From Pseudomonadota bacterium (GTDB lineage: Bacteria > Pseudomonadota > Gammaproteobacteria > Burkholderiales > Burkholderiaceae_C), in the NCBI GenBank assembly GCA_040388255.1, contig JAZKCE010000015.1, forward strand, positions 14,068 to 78,067: DNA of 64,000 nt. Direction: 5' to 3'. How positions within the stretch are numbered: the stretch's first letter is position 1; each line of letters begins with the position of its first letter. The notes under the pieces are model-generated. The model ran no database searches, was not told the origin of the DNA, and worked only from the letters and a program-made list of their open reading frames with translations. The translations under genes were made by a program, and so were the position numbers. Positions 47,629 to 56,230 of this stretch are shown here, piece after piece.

Positions 47629-50600
47629 TTATTGAGACGCCGGTGTTTCGCGTTTTACGCGAAACCATGCGGCGTACATGGCGGGCAAAGCCAGCAGGGT
47701 CAGCGCCGTCGCCACAATCAGCCCACCCATGATGGCCACGGCCATGGGGCCCCAGAACACGCTGCGCGACAGCGGGATCATGGCCAGCACCGCCGCCGCC
47801 GCGGTCAGCACGATGGGGCGCAAGCGGCGCACCGCGGACTCGACAATCGCATCCCAGGCCGGCACGCCCCGGGCACGGTCATGCTCGATCTGGTCAATCA
47901 GGATCACCGAATTGCGCTGGATCATGCCCATCAGCGCGATCACGCCCAGCAAGGCCACAAAACCAAAGGGCCGTCCCAGCACCAGCAGCGCGCCGGCCAC
48001 CCCGGCAATACCCAGAGGCCCGGTCAGGAACACCAGCAGCGCCCGGCTAAAGCTGTGCAGCTGCAGCATCAGCAGGGTAAAGGTCAAAAACAGCATGATG
48101 GGTATGCCTGCGGCGATCGAGGCGGAGCCCTTGCTGCTTTCCTCCACCGCGCCGGCCACCTGTATGCGGTAGCCGGTGAGGCCCGCGGCATGCCATTTTT
48201 TCTCCAGCGCGTCCAGCCTGGGTTGCAGTTCCGCGGTGACAGTGGCGCCCTGCAGTCCTTCCACGATGTCGCCTTGCACAGTAATGGCGTAGTCGCGGTT
48301 TTCGCGCCACATCACGCCGGGCTCCCAGGTAAACACCGGTTTGGCGATCTGGGTCAGCGGTATCGATTTGCCCGATGCCGTCGGCAGGTAGGCATTGGCT
48401 ATGTCGCTAATCGCATTGCGCTCGTCCTGCGGCTGGCGCAGCACGATGTCGATCAGCCGGTCGCCCTCGCGGTATTGCCCGACGGTGGTGCCCGACAAAA
48501 TGGTGCGTGAGGCCTGCGCTATCGACTGGCTGGTCACGCCCAGGGCTCTGGCCTTGGACTGGTCTACCTCCAGCCGCAAGACCTTGACGGATTCGTTCCA
48601 GTTGTCGTTCACGCCCCGGGTATTCGGGCTCTCGCGCATGACGGACTTGACCTCGTCGGCGCGCTCGCGCAGCACCAGCGGATCGGTGCCCACGACGCGG
48701 AACTGCACCGGATAAGGCACGGGCGGACCGTTGGGCAAAAGCTTGACGCGACCGCGCACCTCGGGGAACTCCTGGGCCAGCAGCGTTGGCAGCTTGATGC
48801 GCAGGGATTCGCGCACCTTGAGGTCTTTGGGCAGGACGATCATTTGCGATACATTGGTCTGCGGGAAAACCTGGTCCAGCGGTAAATAAAAACGCGGCAC
48901 GCCAGAGCCGACCCAGGTGCTCACGGAGGTCACGCCCTCCTCCTTCAGCAAACGCGCTTCGACACGTTTGGCGGTCGCCTCGTTGGCCTCAAACGAGGTG
49001 CCCTCGGGGAACCAGATGTCCAGCATGATTTCCGGGCGGCTGGAGTCCGGGAAAAACTGCTGCTGCACCTTGCCCATGCCGGCTATGCCCAAAGCAAAAG
49101 TCAACACCGTTGCGCCTATGGTGATCCAGCGGTATTGCACGCACCAGTTCACCGCCCGGCGAAAGGTGTTGTAGAAGGGCGAGTCGAACATCTCGTGTTC
49201 GTCATGCTCGTCCGCGCCGGGTTTTCTTTCCAGCACATGGTCGGGTTTCCTGAGCAGCAGGGTGCCGATGTAAGGCACAAAATAAACCGAAACAATCCAG
49301 CTCAGCACCAGCGCGATCACGGTCACTGCAAAGATCGCATAGGTGTACTCGCCGGTCACCGACTTGGCCAGGCCAATCGGCAAAAAACCAGCAGCGGTAA
49401 TCAGCGTGCCGGTCAGCATGGGCATGGCGGTGATTTCATAGGCGAAGGTGGCGGCGCGCACCTTGTCGTAGCCCTCTTCCATCTTGCGCACCATCATCTC
49501 CACGGCAATGATGGCGTCGTCCACCAGCAGGCCGAGCGCAATGATCAGCGAGCCCAGCGATATCTTGTGCAGGCCGATGCCGAAATAAAGCATCGCCAGG
49601 AAGGTGACGCCCAGCACCAGCGGAATCGTGATGCCGACGATCAGCCCCGGCCGCACGTCGATGTAATAACGCTTCCACCATGGCAGCGGGCCAGTGCCGT
49701 TCACTGGCCGCTTGTGGAAACCCAGGCTGATGAAGCTGACCGCCAGCACAATCACCACCGCCTCAATGAGCACGCGGACAAATTCATTGACCGAGCTGGC
49801 CACGGCAGTCGGCTGGTCCTGTATCTGCACCAGCGTGATGCCTGCCGGCAGGGTTTTGCCGATGCTGGCCGACAGCGCCTTGAGTGATTTGCCCAGCGCA
49901 ATGATGTCACCGCCCTTGGCCATGGAGACCCCCAGCGCAATGACTTCCTTGCCCTGGTGGCGCACCTTGACGCTGGGCGGATCAACATAGGCGCGCTTGA
50001 TTTCGGCGATGTCGCCCAGACGCAACTGGTTGCCCGAGCTGCCGCGTATCGGCATGGCACGCAATTGCTCGACGGCCTCGAACTGCCCCGCCACGCGCAC
50101 CTGCACCACGTCCAGCGGCGTCTGCAGCGCGCCTGCGGATTCCACGGCGTTTTGCTGACCGAGCTGGTTAATCACCTGGTTGAAATCCAGCCCCAGCTGG
50201 GCCAGCCGCTTTTGCGAGATTTCAATAAACAGTTTCTCGTCCTGCACGCCGAACAGCTCGACCTTGGAGACGTCGGGCACGCGCAGCAACTGCTGGCGTA
50301 CATCGTCGGCGAAAGTCTTGACCTCGGCATAGTTAAAACCGTCGGACTCCAGTGCATAGATCACGCCATACACATCGCCGAATTCATCGTTGAAGAACGG
50401 CCCCTGCACGCCGCCCGGCAGGGTAGCGCGCATGTCGCCAATCTTCTTGCGCACGCTGTACCAGACGTTGGGCACGTCCGCGGCTTTGGAGGAGTCCTTG
50501 ATCTGGAAAATGATCTGCGACTCGCCCGGCTTGGAATAGCTGCGGATCTTGTCGGCGTAAGGCACTTCCTGCAGCGTGCGCTCCAGTTTGTCGGTGACCT

Positions 50601-50844
50601 GCTCGGCCACCTGCTGCGCCGTGGCGCCCGGCCAGTAGGTGCGCACCACCATGGCCCTGAAGGTAAAGGGCGGGTCCTCGTCCTGTCCAAGCTGGAAGTA
50701 GGAGGCAAAACCCAGCAGCATCAGCACGACCATGAGGTAACGCGTGAGTGCCGGATGGTCCAGCGCCCATTTGGAAAGGTTGAAGCCTTTGGCGGGCTGC
50801 TCTGAAGGCGTTGAAGGCTGCGTCGAAGGTGGCGTCTGCGTCAT
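47629..50844 (-). CDS. RND efflux permease (AcrB-superfamily)
   Basis: 1071 aa, 12-TM RND architecture. No outer-membrane factor or regulator gene is adjacent. Confidence 0.88.
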   Translation of the reverse strand: MTQTPPSTQPSTPSEQPAKGFNLSKWALDHPALTRYLMVVLMLLGFASYFQLGQDEDPPFTFRAMVVRTYWPGATAQQVAEQVTDKLERTLQEVPYADKIRSYSKPGESQIIFQIKDSSKAADVPNVWYSVRKKIGDMRATLPGGVQGPFFNDEFGDVYGVIYALESDGFNYAEVKTFADDVRQQLLRVPDVSKVELFGVQDEKLFIEISQKRLAQLGLDFNQVINQLGQQNAVESAGALQTPLDVVQVRVAGQFEAVEQLRAMPIRGSSGNQLRLGDIAEIKRAYVDPPSVKVRHQGKEVIALGVSMAKGGDIIALGKSLKALSASIGKTLPAGITLVQIQDQPTAVASSVNEFVRVLIEAVVIVLAVSFISLGFHKRPVNGTGPLPWWKRYYIDVRPGLIVGITIPLVLGVTFLAMLYFGIGLHKISLGSLIIALGLLVDDAIIAVEMMVRKMEEGYDKVRAATFAYEITAMPMLTGTLITAAGFLPIGLAKSVTGEYTYAIFAVTVIALVLSWIVSVYFVPYIGTLLLRKPDHVLERKPGADEHDEHEMFDSPFYNTFRRAVNWCVQYRWITIGATVLTFALGIAGMGKVQQQFFPDSSRPEIMLDIWFPEGTSFEANEATAKRVEARLLKEEGVTSVSTWVGSGVPRFYLPLDQVFPQTNVSQMIVLPKDLKVRESLRIKLPTLLAQEFPEVRGRVKLLPNGPPVPYPVQFRVVGTDPLVLRERADEVKSVMRESPNTRGVNDNWNESVKVLRLEVDQSKARALGVTSQSIAQASRTILSGTTVGQYREGDRLIDIVLRQPQDERNAISDIANAYLPTASGKSIPLTQIAKPVFTWEPGVMWRENRDYAITVQGDIVEGLQGATVTAELQPRLDALEKKWHAAGLTGYRIQVAGAVEESSKGSASIAAGIPIMLFLTFTLLMLQLHSFSRALLVFLTGPLGIAGVAGALLVLGRPFGFVALLGVIALMGMIQRNSVILIDQIEHDRARGVPAWDAIVESAVRRLRPIVLTAAAAVLAMIPLSRSVFWGPMAVAIMGGLIVATALTLLALPAMYAAWFRVKRETPASQ

Positions 50845-50851
50845 GGCAGCC

Positions 50852-52066
50852 TTACTTCAAAACGCTGGAAGCAGCGCTTACGGCCGCGCTGGCAGCAGGC
50901 ACCGAAGCAGCGAGCTTGACGGCGGCGGCACCGCTTGCTCCTGAATTAATAGCTTTCTGCGCAGGTTTGACGGGCGCCGGGCCCGCTTTTTCCTGATAAA
51001 TACTGACTTTTTGCCCGGGCGACAGCACATGCACACCGGCACTCACCACCAGCATGCCCGGCTGCAGGCCTGCGGCAATGACGGCGTCGTTGCCATCGGC
51101 CGTGGCGATCTGCACCGTTTGCGACCTGACGGTCATGCTGGCCTTGTCCAGCACCCAGACGGCGCTGGCCTGGCCTTCCTGCCGCAGGGCGCTGGTGGGC
51201 AGCTTGATGACCTGCAGGCCTTGCGCGCCCGCGCCGCCCAGCCCTTGCGGCAAGACATACACGGTCGCGCCCAGCGGCGGTGTCGTGTCCCTGACTTCCA
51301 GTGACACCTTGACCGGATAGGTGCGTGTGATGGGGTCGGCGCTGGCGCCCACCTCGCGCACCTTGGCCGCCAGTTGCGTGTCCTGGTTCCAGCCGCGTAC
51401 CTTCACGGGCAGGCCCGGCCTGAACAAAGCCAGCTTGTCTTCAGGCACGGAAAAAACCACATCACGCAGGCCGTCGGCGGCAATCCGCACCACCGGCGTG
51501 CCGGCCGCCACAACCTGGCCGGGGTCGGCCTCGATGGCGGTGACCACCCCCGCCACATCCGCGACCAGCGAGGCATAACTGGCCTGGTTGCCCTGCACTG
51601 CCAGTTGCGACTGGGCCTGCTCAAACTGGGCCTGGGCGGCCTTGAGGGTTGTCTCGCGGCGCTCCAGTTCGGCGCTGCTGATGAAGTTCTGGTCCTTCAG
51701 TTCCTTATAGCGTTTGAAGTCCGCGGCCGCCAGGTCGCGGTTGGTTTCGGCAGCCCGCGACTGGGCTCTTGCGGCATCGGCAGCCAGTTTGTAATCCTGC
51801 GGATCAAGCTGGGCCAGGACCTGGCCGGCCTTGACGCGCTGGCCCAGTTCGGCCTGCCTTTTGATGATCTTGCCGGCCACCCGGAAACCCAGCCGCGACT
51901 CCACCTGCGCCCTGACTTCGCCGGCAAACTCGTAGCCGGACGAAAAAGCATTGCTCCCTACCGTCAGCACTTTCACAGCACGGACGGGCTCCTCGGGCGG
52001 CGCGGCTGGGGAACAGGCAAGCAGCAAAAAGGCTGCGCTGGCCAGCGCAAGAATTGTTTTTTTCAT
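50852..52066 (-). CDS. RND efflux periplasmic adaptor subunit
   Basis: Lipobox LLLACS, coiled-coil hairpin region and an Ala/Ser-rich C-terminal tail. Confidence 0.85.
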   Translation of the reverse strand: MKKTILALASAAFLLLACSPAAPPEEPVRAVKVLTVGSNAFSSGYEFAGEVRAQVESRLGFRVAGKIIKRQAELGQRVKAGQVLAQLDPQDYKLAADAARAQSRAAETNRDLAAADFKRYKELKDQNFISSAELERRETTLKAAQAQFEQAQSQLAVQGNQASYASLVADVAGVVTAIEADPGQVVAAGTPVVRIAADGLRDVVFSVPEDKLALFRPGLPVKVRGWNQDTQLAAKVREVGASADPITRTYPVKVSLEVRDTTPPLGATVYVLPQGLGGAGAQGLQVIKLPTSALRQEGQASAVWVLDKASMTVRSQTVQIATADGNDAVIAAGLQPGMLVVSAGVHVLSPGQKVSIYQEKAGPAPVKPAQKAINSGASGAAAVKLAASVPAASAAVSAASSVLK

Positions 52067-52090
52067 GATTTGAGTGGAATTTAACCCATA

Positions 52091-52112
52091 TTACTGACTG
52101 ACTGGTTAGTAA
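52091..52112. promoter_or_regulatory. imperfect dyad TTACTGAC-N6-GTTAGTAA between the RND adaptor gene and hpnC
   Basis: TTACTGACTGACTGGTTAGTAA; 7 of 8 arm positions are complementary. Confidence 0.3.
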
Positions 52113-52154
52113 TCTAGGGTAAACCTGAATCCTTGTCAAGCGACAATCTGCGGC

Positions 52155-53036
52155 ATGAATCACGCCAGCAACGCAGGCTCCGGCAACCACCCCGCCACAG
52201 GCACACACAGCCTCGCCCAAGGGGTCGAACACTACGAGAACTTTCCGGTAGCATCCTTTCTTTGCCCGCCCGCCCTGCGTCCGGCCATAGCCGCGATTTA
52301 CTGGTTTGCACGAACGGCCGACGACCTGGCCGACGAAGGTGATGCCGCACCCGCAGCGCGGCTGGCCGACCTGGCCGCCTACCGGACCGACCTCGCGGCC
52401 TGCGCCAGCGGCCTGCCGGCTTCAGCCCGTTGGGCGCCGGTCTTTACGCGCCTGCAACCCGTCATCAAAGAGTTTGCACTGCCGGTCCATTTGCTGGCCG
52501 ACCTGCTCAGCGCCTTTGAGCAGGATGTCGTCAAAAGCCGCTACGCCAGCCAGGCCGAACTGCTGGACTACTGCCGCTGGTCCGCCAACCCGGTCGGCCG
52601 GCTGCTGCTGCATCTGTATGGCGTGCAGGATGCGGCCTCACTCCGGCAAAGCGACTGTATTTGCTCCGCCCTGCAGCTTGTCAATTTCTGGCAGGACCTG
52701 AGTCGGGACATTCCCAATGGACGGATTTACCTGCCTGCAGACAGCTGGACCACACACTCGATTGACGAGGCGCAGTTGCTGGCCTTGCAGGTCAACCCGG
52801 CCACCACCGCACTGGTCGCGGCAAATGTCGCCTGGGCGCAGGCACTGATGCGCGAAGGCGCGCCACTGGTGAAAACCGTGCCCGGCCGGGCCGGCTGGGA
52901 ACTACGGCTGGTGGTCCAGGGCGGCCTGCGCATTGCTGAAAAGATCGAACAGCTTGGTTTCGCAACGCTCAGGCAAAGGCCAAAACTGACTGCATGGGAT
53001 GCGGTAGTGATGGCCTGGCGCGCGCTCTGGATGTAG
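52155..53036 (+). CDS. hpnC: hydroxysqualene synthase HpnC (squalene/phytoene synthase family)
   Basis: HYENFPVASFLCPPALRPAIAAIYWFARTADDLADEG is typical of HpnC. Confidence 0.8.
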   Translation: MNHASNAGSGNHPATGTHSLAQGVEHYENFPVASFLCPPALRPAIAAIYWFARTADDLADEGDAAPAARLADLAAYRTDLAACASGLPASARWAPVFTRLQPVIKEFALPVHLLADLLSAFEQDVVKSRYASQAELLDYCRWSANPVGRLLLHLYGVQDAASLRQSDCICSALQLVNFWQDLSRDIPNGRIYLPADSWTTHSIDEAQLLALQVNPATTALVAANVAWAQALMREGAPLVKTVPGRAGWELRLVVQGGLRIAEKIEQLGFATLRQRPKLTAWDAVVMAWRALWM

Positions 53037-53066
53037 CAGGCGTTAATCGAAGCAAGATTTTCGCAA

Positions 53067-53160
53067 GTGGGGGCCGCGGAACCGGCTTCGCCGGGCCGCA
53101 GGCGCAGCGGCCCCCTCGGGGGGCAGAGAGCTACACGCAGTGAGCGAGCGTGGGGGCCAT
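53067..53160. repeat. repeat family B, full copy
   Basis: Its reverse complement shares exact blocks of 16, 17 and 9 nt with 54021..54115 (ATGGCCCCCACGCTCG, CTGCCCCCCGAGGGGGC, GGCCCCCAC). Confidence 0.8.
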
Positions 53161-53175
53161 GTAACAATCGCCCCC

Positions 53176-54018
53176 ATGACCCCCGAGCAGTATGTCCAGG
53201 AAAAAGCCGTCGCGTCCGGCAGCAGTTTTTATTACGCATTTTTGTTTTTGCCCAAGGAGCGGCGCGCCGCCATCACCGCGTTTTACGCCTTTTGCCGTGA
53301 AATCGACGATGTGGTCGATGAAGTTGTTGACCCTGGTGTCGCCCGCACCAAACTCGCCTGGTGGCAAAGTGAAGTCGGCAAAGCGTTTGCCGGCCAGCCC
53401 AGCCACCCCGTGACCAAGGCCCTGATGCCGCTGGCCGGCAAGTACCAGATTGAAGAGCGCCATCTGCAGGCCGTGATTGAAGGTTGCCAGATGGACCTGG
53501 AGCAAAACCGCTATCTGGACTTTCCCGGCCTGCAGCGTTATTGCCACCTGGTGGCCGGCATCGTCGGTGAAGTCGCCGCGCGTATTTTTGGCCAGACCGA
53601 AGACATCACCACCGCCTACGCCCACAAGCTGGGCCTGGCCTTCCAGCTGACCAACATCATCCGCGACGTGGGCGAAGATGCCTTGCGCGGCCGCATCTAC
53701 ATTCCGGTCAATGAACTGCAGCAGTTTGACGTCAAGGCGCATGAGGTGTTGAAGCGCCAGTACTCCGACCGCTTCACAGCCCTGATGCAGTTCCAGACCC
53801 AGCGCGCATTGGCGCTGTATGACGAAGCCCTGGCCATGCTGCCCGTCGCCGACCGCAGGGCACAAAAACCCGGCCTCATGATGGCCAGCATTTACCGCAC
53901 CCTGCTGCGCGAGATTGCCGCCGACAACTACCAGGTGCTGCACCAGCGCGTCAGCCTGACACCTCTTCGCAAGTTCTGGCTGGCGTGGAAAACCCAGGCC
54001 TTCGGCCGAGTAGTGTAA
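53176..54018 (+). CDS. hpnD: presqualene diphosphate synthase HpnD
   Basis: ATG 53176. SSFYYAFLFLPKERRAAITAFYAFCREIDDVVDE is typical of HpnD. The ORF-track start at 53140 lies inside a repeat. Confidence 0.8.
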   Translation: MTPEQYVQEKAVASGSSFYYAFLFLPKERRAAITAFYAFCREIDDVVDEVVDPGVARTKLAWWQSEVGKAFAGQPSHPVTKALMPLAGKYQIEERHLQAVIEGCQMDLEQNRYLDFPGLQRYCHLVAGIVGEVAARIFGQTEDITTAYAHKLGLAFQLTNIIRDVGEDALRGRIYIPVNELQQFDVKAHEVLKRQYSDRFTALMQFQTQRALALYDEALAMLPVADRRAQKPGLMMASIYRTLLREIAADNYQVLHQRVSLTPLRKFWLAWKTQAFGRVV

Positions 54019-54020
54019 AT

Positions 54021-54115
54021 ATGGCCCCCACGCTCGTCGCTTCGCGTACTGCGCTGCCCCCCGAGGGGGCTGTCCCGCCTAAGGGCGGCCTGTCGGCGGG
54101 ACTGGCCCCCACGCT
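54021..54115. repeat. repeat family B, full copy (inverted relative to 53067..53160)
   Basis: Begins and ends with the same 12-mer GGCCCCCACGCT (54023..54034 and 54104..54115). Confidence 0.8.
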
Positions 54116-54121
54116 TACGCC

Positions 54122-55432
54122 GTGAAAGTCGCCGTTATTGGCGCAGGCTGGGCCGGTTGCACAGCGGCTGTTGAAGCCACCCGGCGCGGTTACCAGGTCA
54201 CGGTATTTGAAGCTGCCCGCACCACTGGCGGCCGCGCCCGGCGTGTCGAGGTCATGCTGGCGGACCAGGCGCAGACACTGGACAACGGTCAGCACATCCT
54301 GATTGGCGCCTACAGCGAAAGCCTGAAACTCATGACCGATGTCGGCGTGGACATTTCCGCCAGCCTGCTGCGCCTGCCCCTGACCATGCAGTTCCCCGAT
54401 GGCAGCGGCCTCAGGCTGCCACGGCTGCCCGCGCCGCTGGATGCAGTGCTTGGCATCCTCGGCACGCGTGGCTGGTCATGGCGCGACAGGTTTTCACTTC
54501 TCAAGGTATGCATGGGCTGGCAGCTGCGCCGTTTTGAATGCGCGCCGCAGTTGTCGGTTGCCGATTTGTGCACCCAGCTCCCGGTTGCGGTGATGCGCAC
54601 GCTGATCGAACCGCTGTGCGTGTCGGCCCTGAACACCCCGCCGGAGCGGGCCAGCGGCCAGGTGTTTCTGCGTGTCATGCGTGATGCGCTGTTTGCAGGC
54701 AGCGGCGCATCCAACCTGCTGCTGCCTCGTATTGACCTGAGTGCGCTGATGCCGGATGCCGCGCTGGCCTGGCTGCAGCGCAAGGGCGGCGAGGTCCGGC
54801 TGGGCGCGCGGGTGCAGGCCATCACACCGGCCGGTCAAAACTGGATGCTGGCAGGTGATGCCGGCCAGGACCTGGGCGGGTTTGACAGCCTTGTGCTGGC
54901 CTGCCCGCCGCTTGAAGCTGCGCGGCTGGTGCAAGGATGCGCCCTGCCCTGTGAACCCTGGCTCACGCAAACGCGCGGCCTGCGGCACGAGCCCATCGCC
55001 ACGGTGTACGCCATGGCGCCCGGTGCACGTTTGAGCCAGCCCATGCTGGCCCTGCGCTCCGGCACGGGCCTGCCCGCGCAGTTTGTATTTGACCGCGGGC
55101 AGCTTGGCGGCACGCCGGGGCTGCTGGCTTTTGTGGTGAGCATCAGCGAGGGCGACAGTGCCACCCTGGGGTCCCAGGTGCAGGCGCAAGCCGCGCAGCA
55201 GCTTGGCCTGGACGGCCTGCAGCTTATACAAACCATTGTTGAAAAACGTGCCACCTTTGCCTGCTCGCCCGGCCTGCAGCGGCCCGGCCGGCACATCGCC
55301 CCCGGCCTGCTGGCCTGCGGCGACTATATAGACGGGCCCTACCCGGCAACGCTGGAAGGGGCCGTGCGTTCAGGCCTGGAAGCGGCCAGGGCGCTGCCGG
55401 CCCCGGCACCCAAGTCGCTATCAATTCAATAG
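54122..55432 (+). CDS. hpnE: hydroxysqualene dehydroxylase HpnE (FAD-dependent amine oxidase family)
   Basis: GTG start, dinucleotide-binding VAVIGAGWAGCTAA. Gene order is hpnC-hpnD-hpnE. Confidence 0.78.
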   Translation: MKVAVIGAGWAGCTAAVEATRRGYQVTVFEAARTTGGRARRVEVMLADQAQTLDNGQHILIGAYSESLKLMTDVGVDISASLLRLPLTMQFPDGSGLRLPRLPAPLDAVLGILGTRGWSWRDRFSLLKVCMGWQLRRFECAPQLSVADLCTQLPVAVMRTLIEPLCVSALNTPPERASGQVFLRVMRDALFAGSGASNLLLPRIDLSALMPDAALAWLQRKGGEVRLGARVQAITPAGQNWMLAGDAGQDLGGFDSLVLACPPLEAARLVQGCALPCEPWLTQTRGLRHEPIATVYAMAPGARLSQPMLALRSGTGLPAQFVFDRGQLGGTPGLLAFVVSISEGDSATLGSQVQAQAAQQLGLDGLQLIQTIVEKRATFACSPGLQRPGRHIAPGLLACGDYIDGPYPATLEGAVRSGLEAARALPAPAPKSLSIQ

Positions 55433-55433
55433 C
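55417..55433. repeat. family C motif (perfect GCTAT-N7-ATAGC)
   Basis: GCTATCAATTCAATAGC followed by TGACTGCGCAGGTGTAC. Overlaps the hpnE stop. Confidence 0.55.
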
Positions 55434-55488
55434 TGACTGCGCAGGTGTACCCTTGACTCCGGGCACTTTTCATTAAAAATCCGGGGTA

Positions 55489-56196
55489 TCAGGCAGCAAT
55501 GACATCGCACAACTCGGTCAAGCTGCTCACGGTGATGTGTGGCTTCTCGGCATGCTTCCAGGCATTGGCCGCCCGGTTAAGCCAGGCCGTCTGCATGCCG
55601 GCATTCAGCGCGCCAAGCACATCGAGCATGGCATCGTCGCCAATGTGCAGGACGTTTTCAGGAACGGTATCCACAGCGCCCGCCGCCGCATGAAAAATAC
55701 GCGGGTCAGGCTTGCCCACACCAAACGCCTGCGCGCTGACGCTGGCCTTGAAATACCGCTGCAGGCCTATGCGTTCAATGTCGGCATTGCCATTGGACAG
55801 CGCCACCACAGGGAAACGCGCAGACAGAAACTCCAGCGCCCGCAAGGCGTCTTCAAACAGGGTCACCCGGTTGCGTTCCGCAAAAAACACCTCGTAGCCC
55901 TGCTCGGCAAGCAAGGGATTTTCTTTGGAACGGTACAGCGCCACACGGATCGCCTCGCGCCTTATGGCACCCATGTCGTGCTTTAACTCCGGCCGCGTGC
56001 GAACCACGTGTTCACGGATTTCATTGCGCACCAGGGAATTGGAAAACAGCGCGGCCGTCATGGGTGCGTGTGTGCTCAACCAGTTTTCAAGCGCCTTCTC
56101 GGCCCTCTCAATGGCCGGCCACACGGGCCAGAGCGTGTCATCAAGGTCCAGGGTAATGGCCTTGATTCTTTTCAGATCAAGCATGTTCTGCAGCAT
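55489..56196 (-). CDS. HAD-superfamily hydrolase
   Basis: DxDxT motif in ITLDLDDTLW. Three possible ATGs (56232, 56196, 56184), none with a clear SD. Confidence 0.7.
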   Translation of the reverse strand: MLQNMLDLKRIKAITLDLDDTLWPVWPAIERAEKALENWLSTHAPMTAALFSNSLVRNEIREHVVRTRPELKHDMGAIRREAIRVALYRSKENPLLAEQGYEVFFAERNRVTLFEDALRALEFLSARFPVVALSNGNADIERIGLQRYFKASVSAQAFGVGKPDPRIFHAAAGAVDTVPENVLHIGDDAMLDVLGALNAGMQTAWLNRAANAWKHAEKPHITVSSLTELCDVIAA

Positions 56197-56230
56197 GTTC
56201 TGTAAAAATTTAGGTAAGCGAGAATAACCC

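Noticed and set aside
47629-52066. Second RND pair as the hopanoid transporter HpnN because it is divergent from hpnC
   Set aside because: It is a 1071-aa AcrB-like pump with its own periplasmic adaptor. This is not the shorter adaptor-less HpnN-type architecture. Adjacency alone is insufficient.
53140-53175. Longer hpnD start (MSERGGHVTIAP...)
   Set aside because: These codons lie inside the family B repeat. The family-typical N-terminus begins at ATG 53176.
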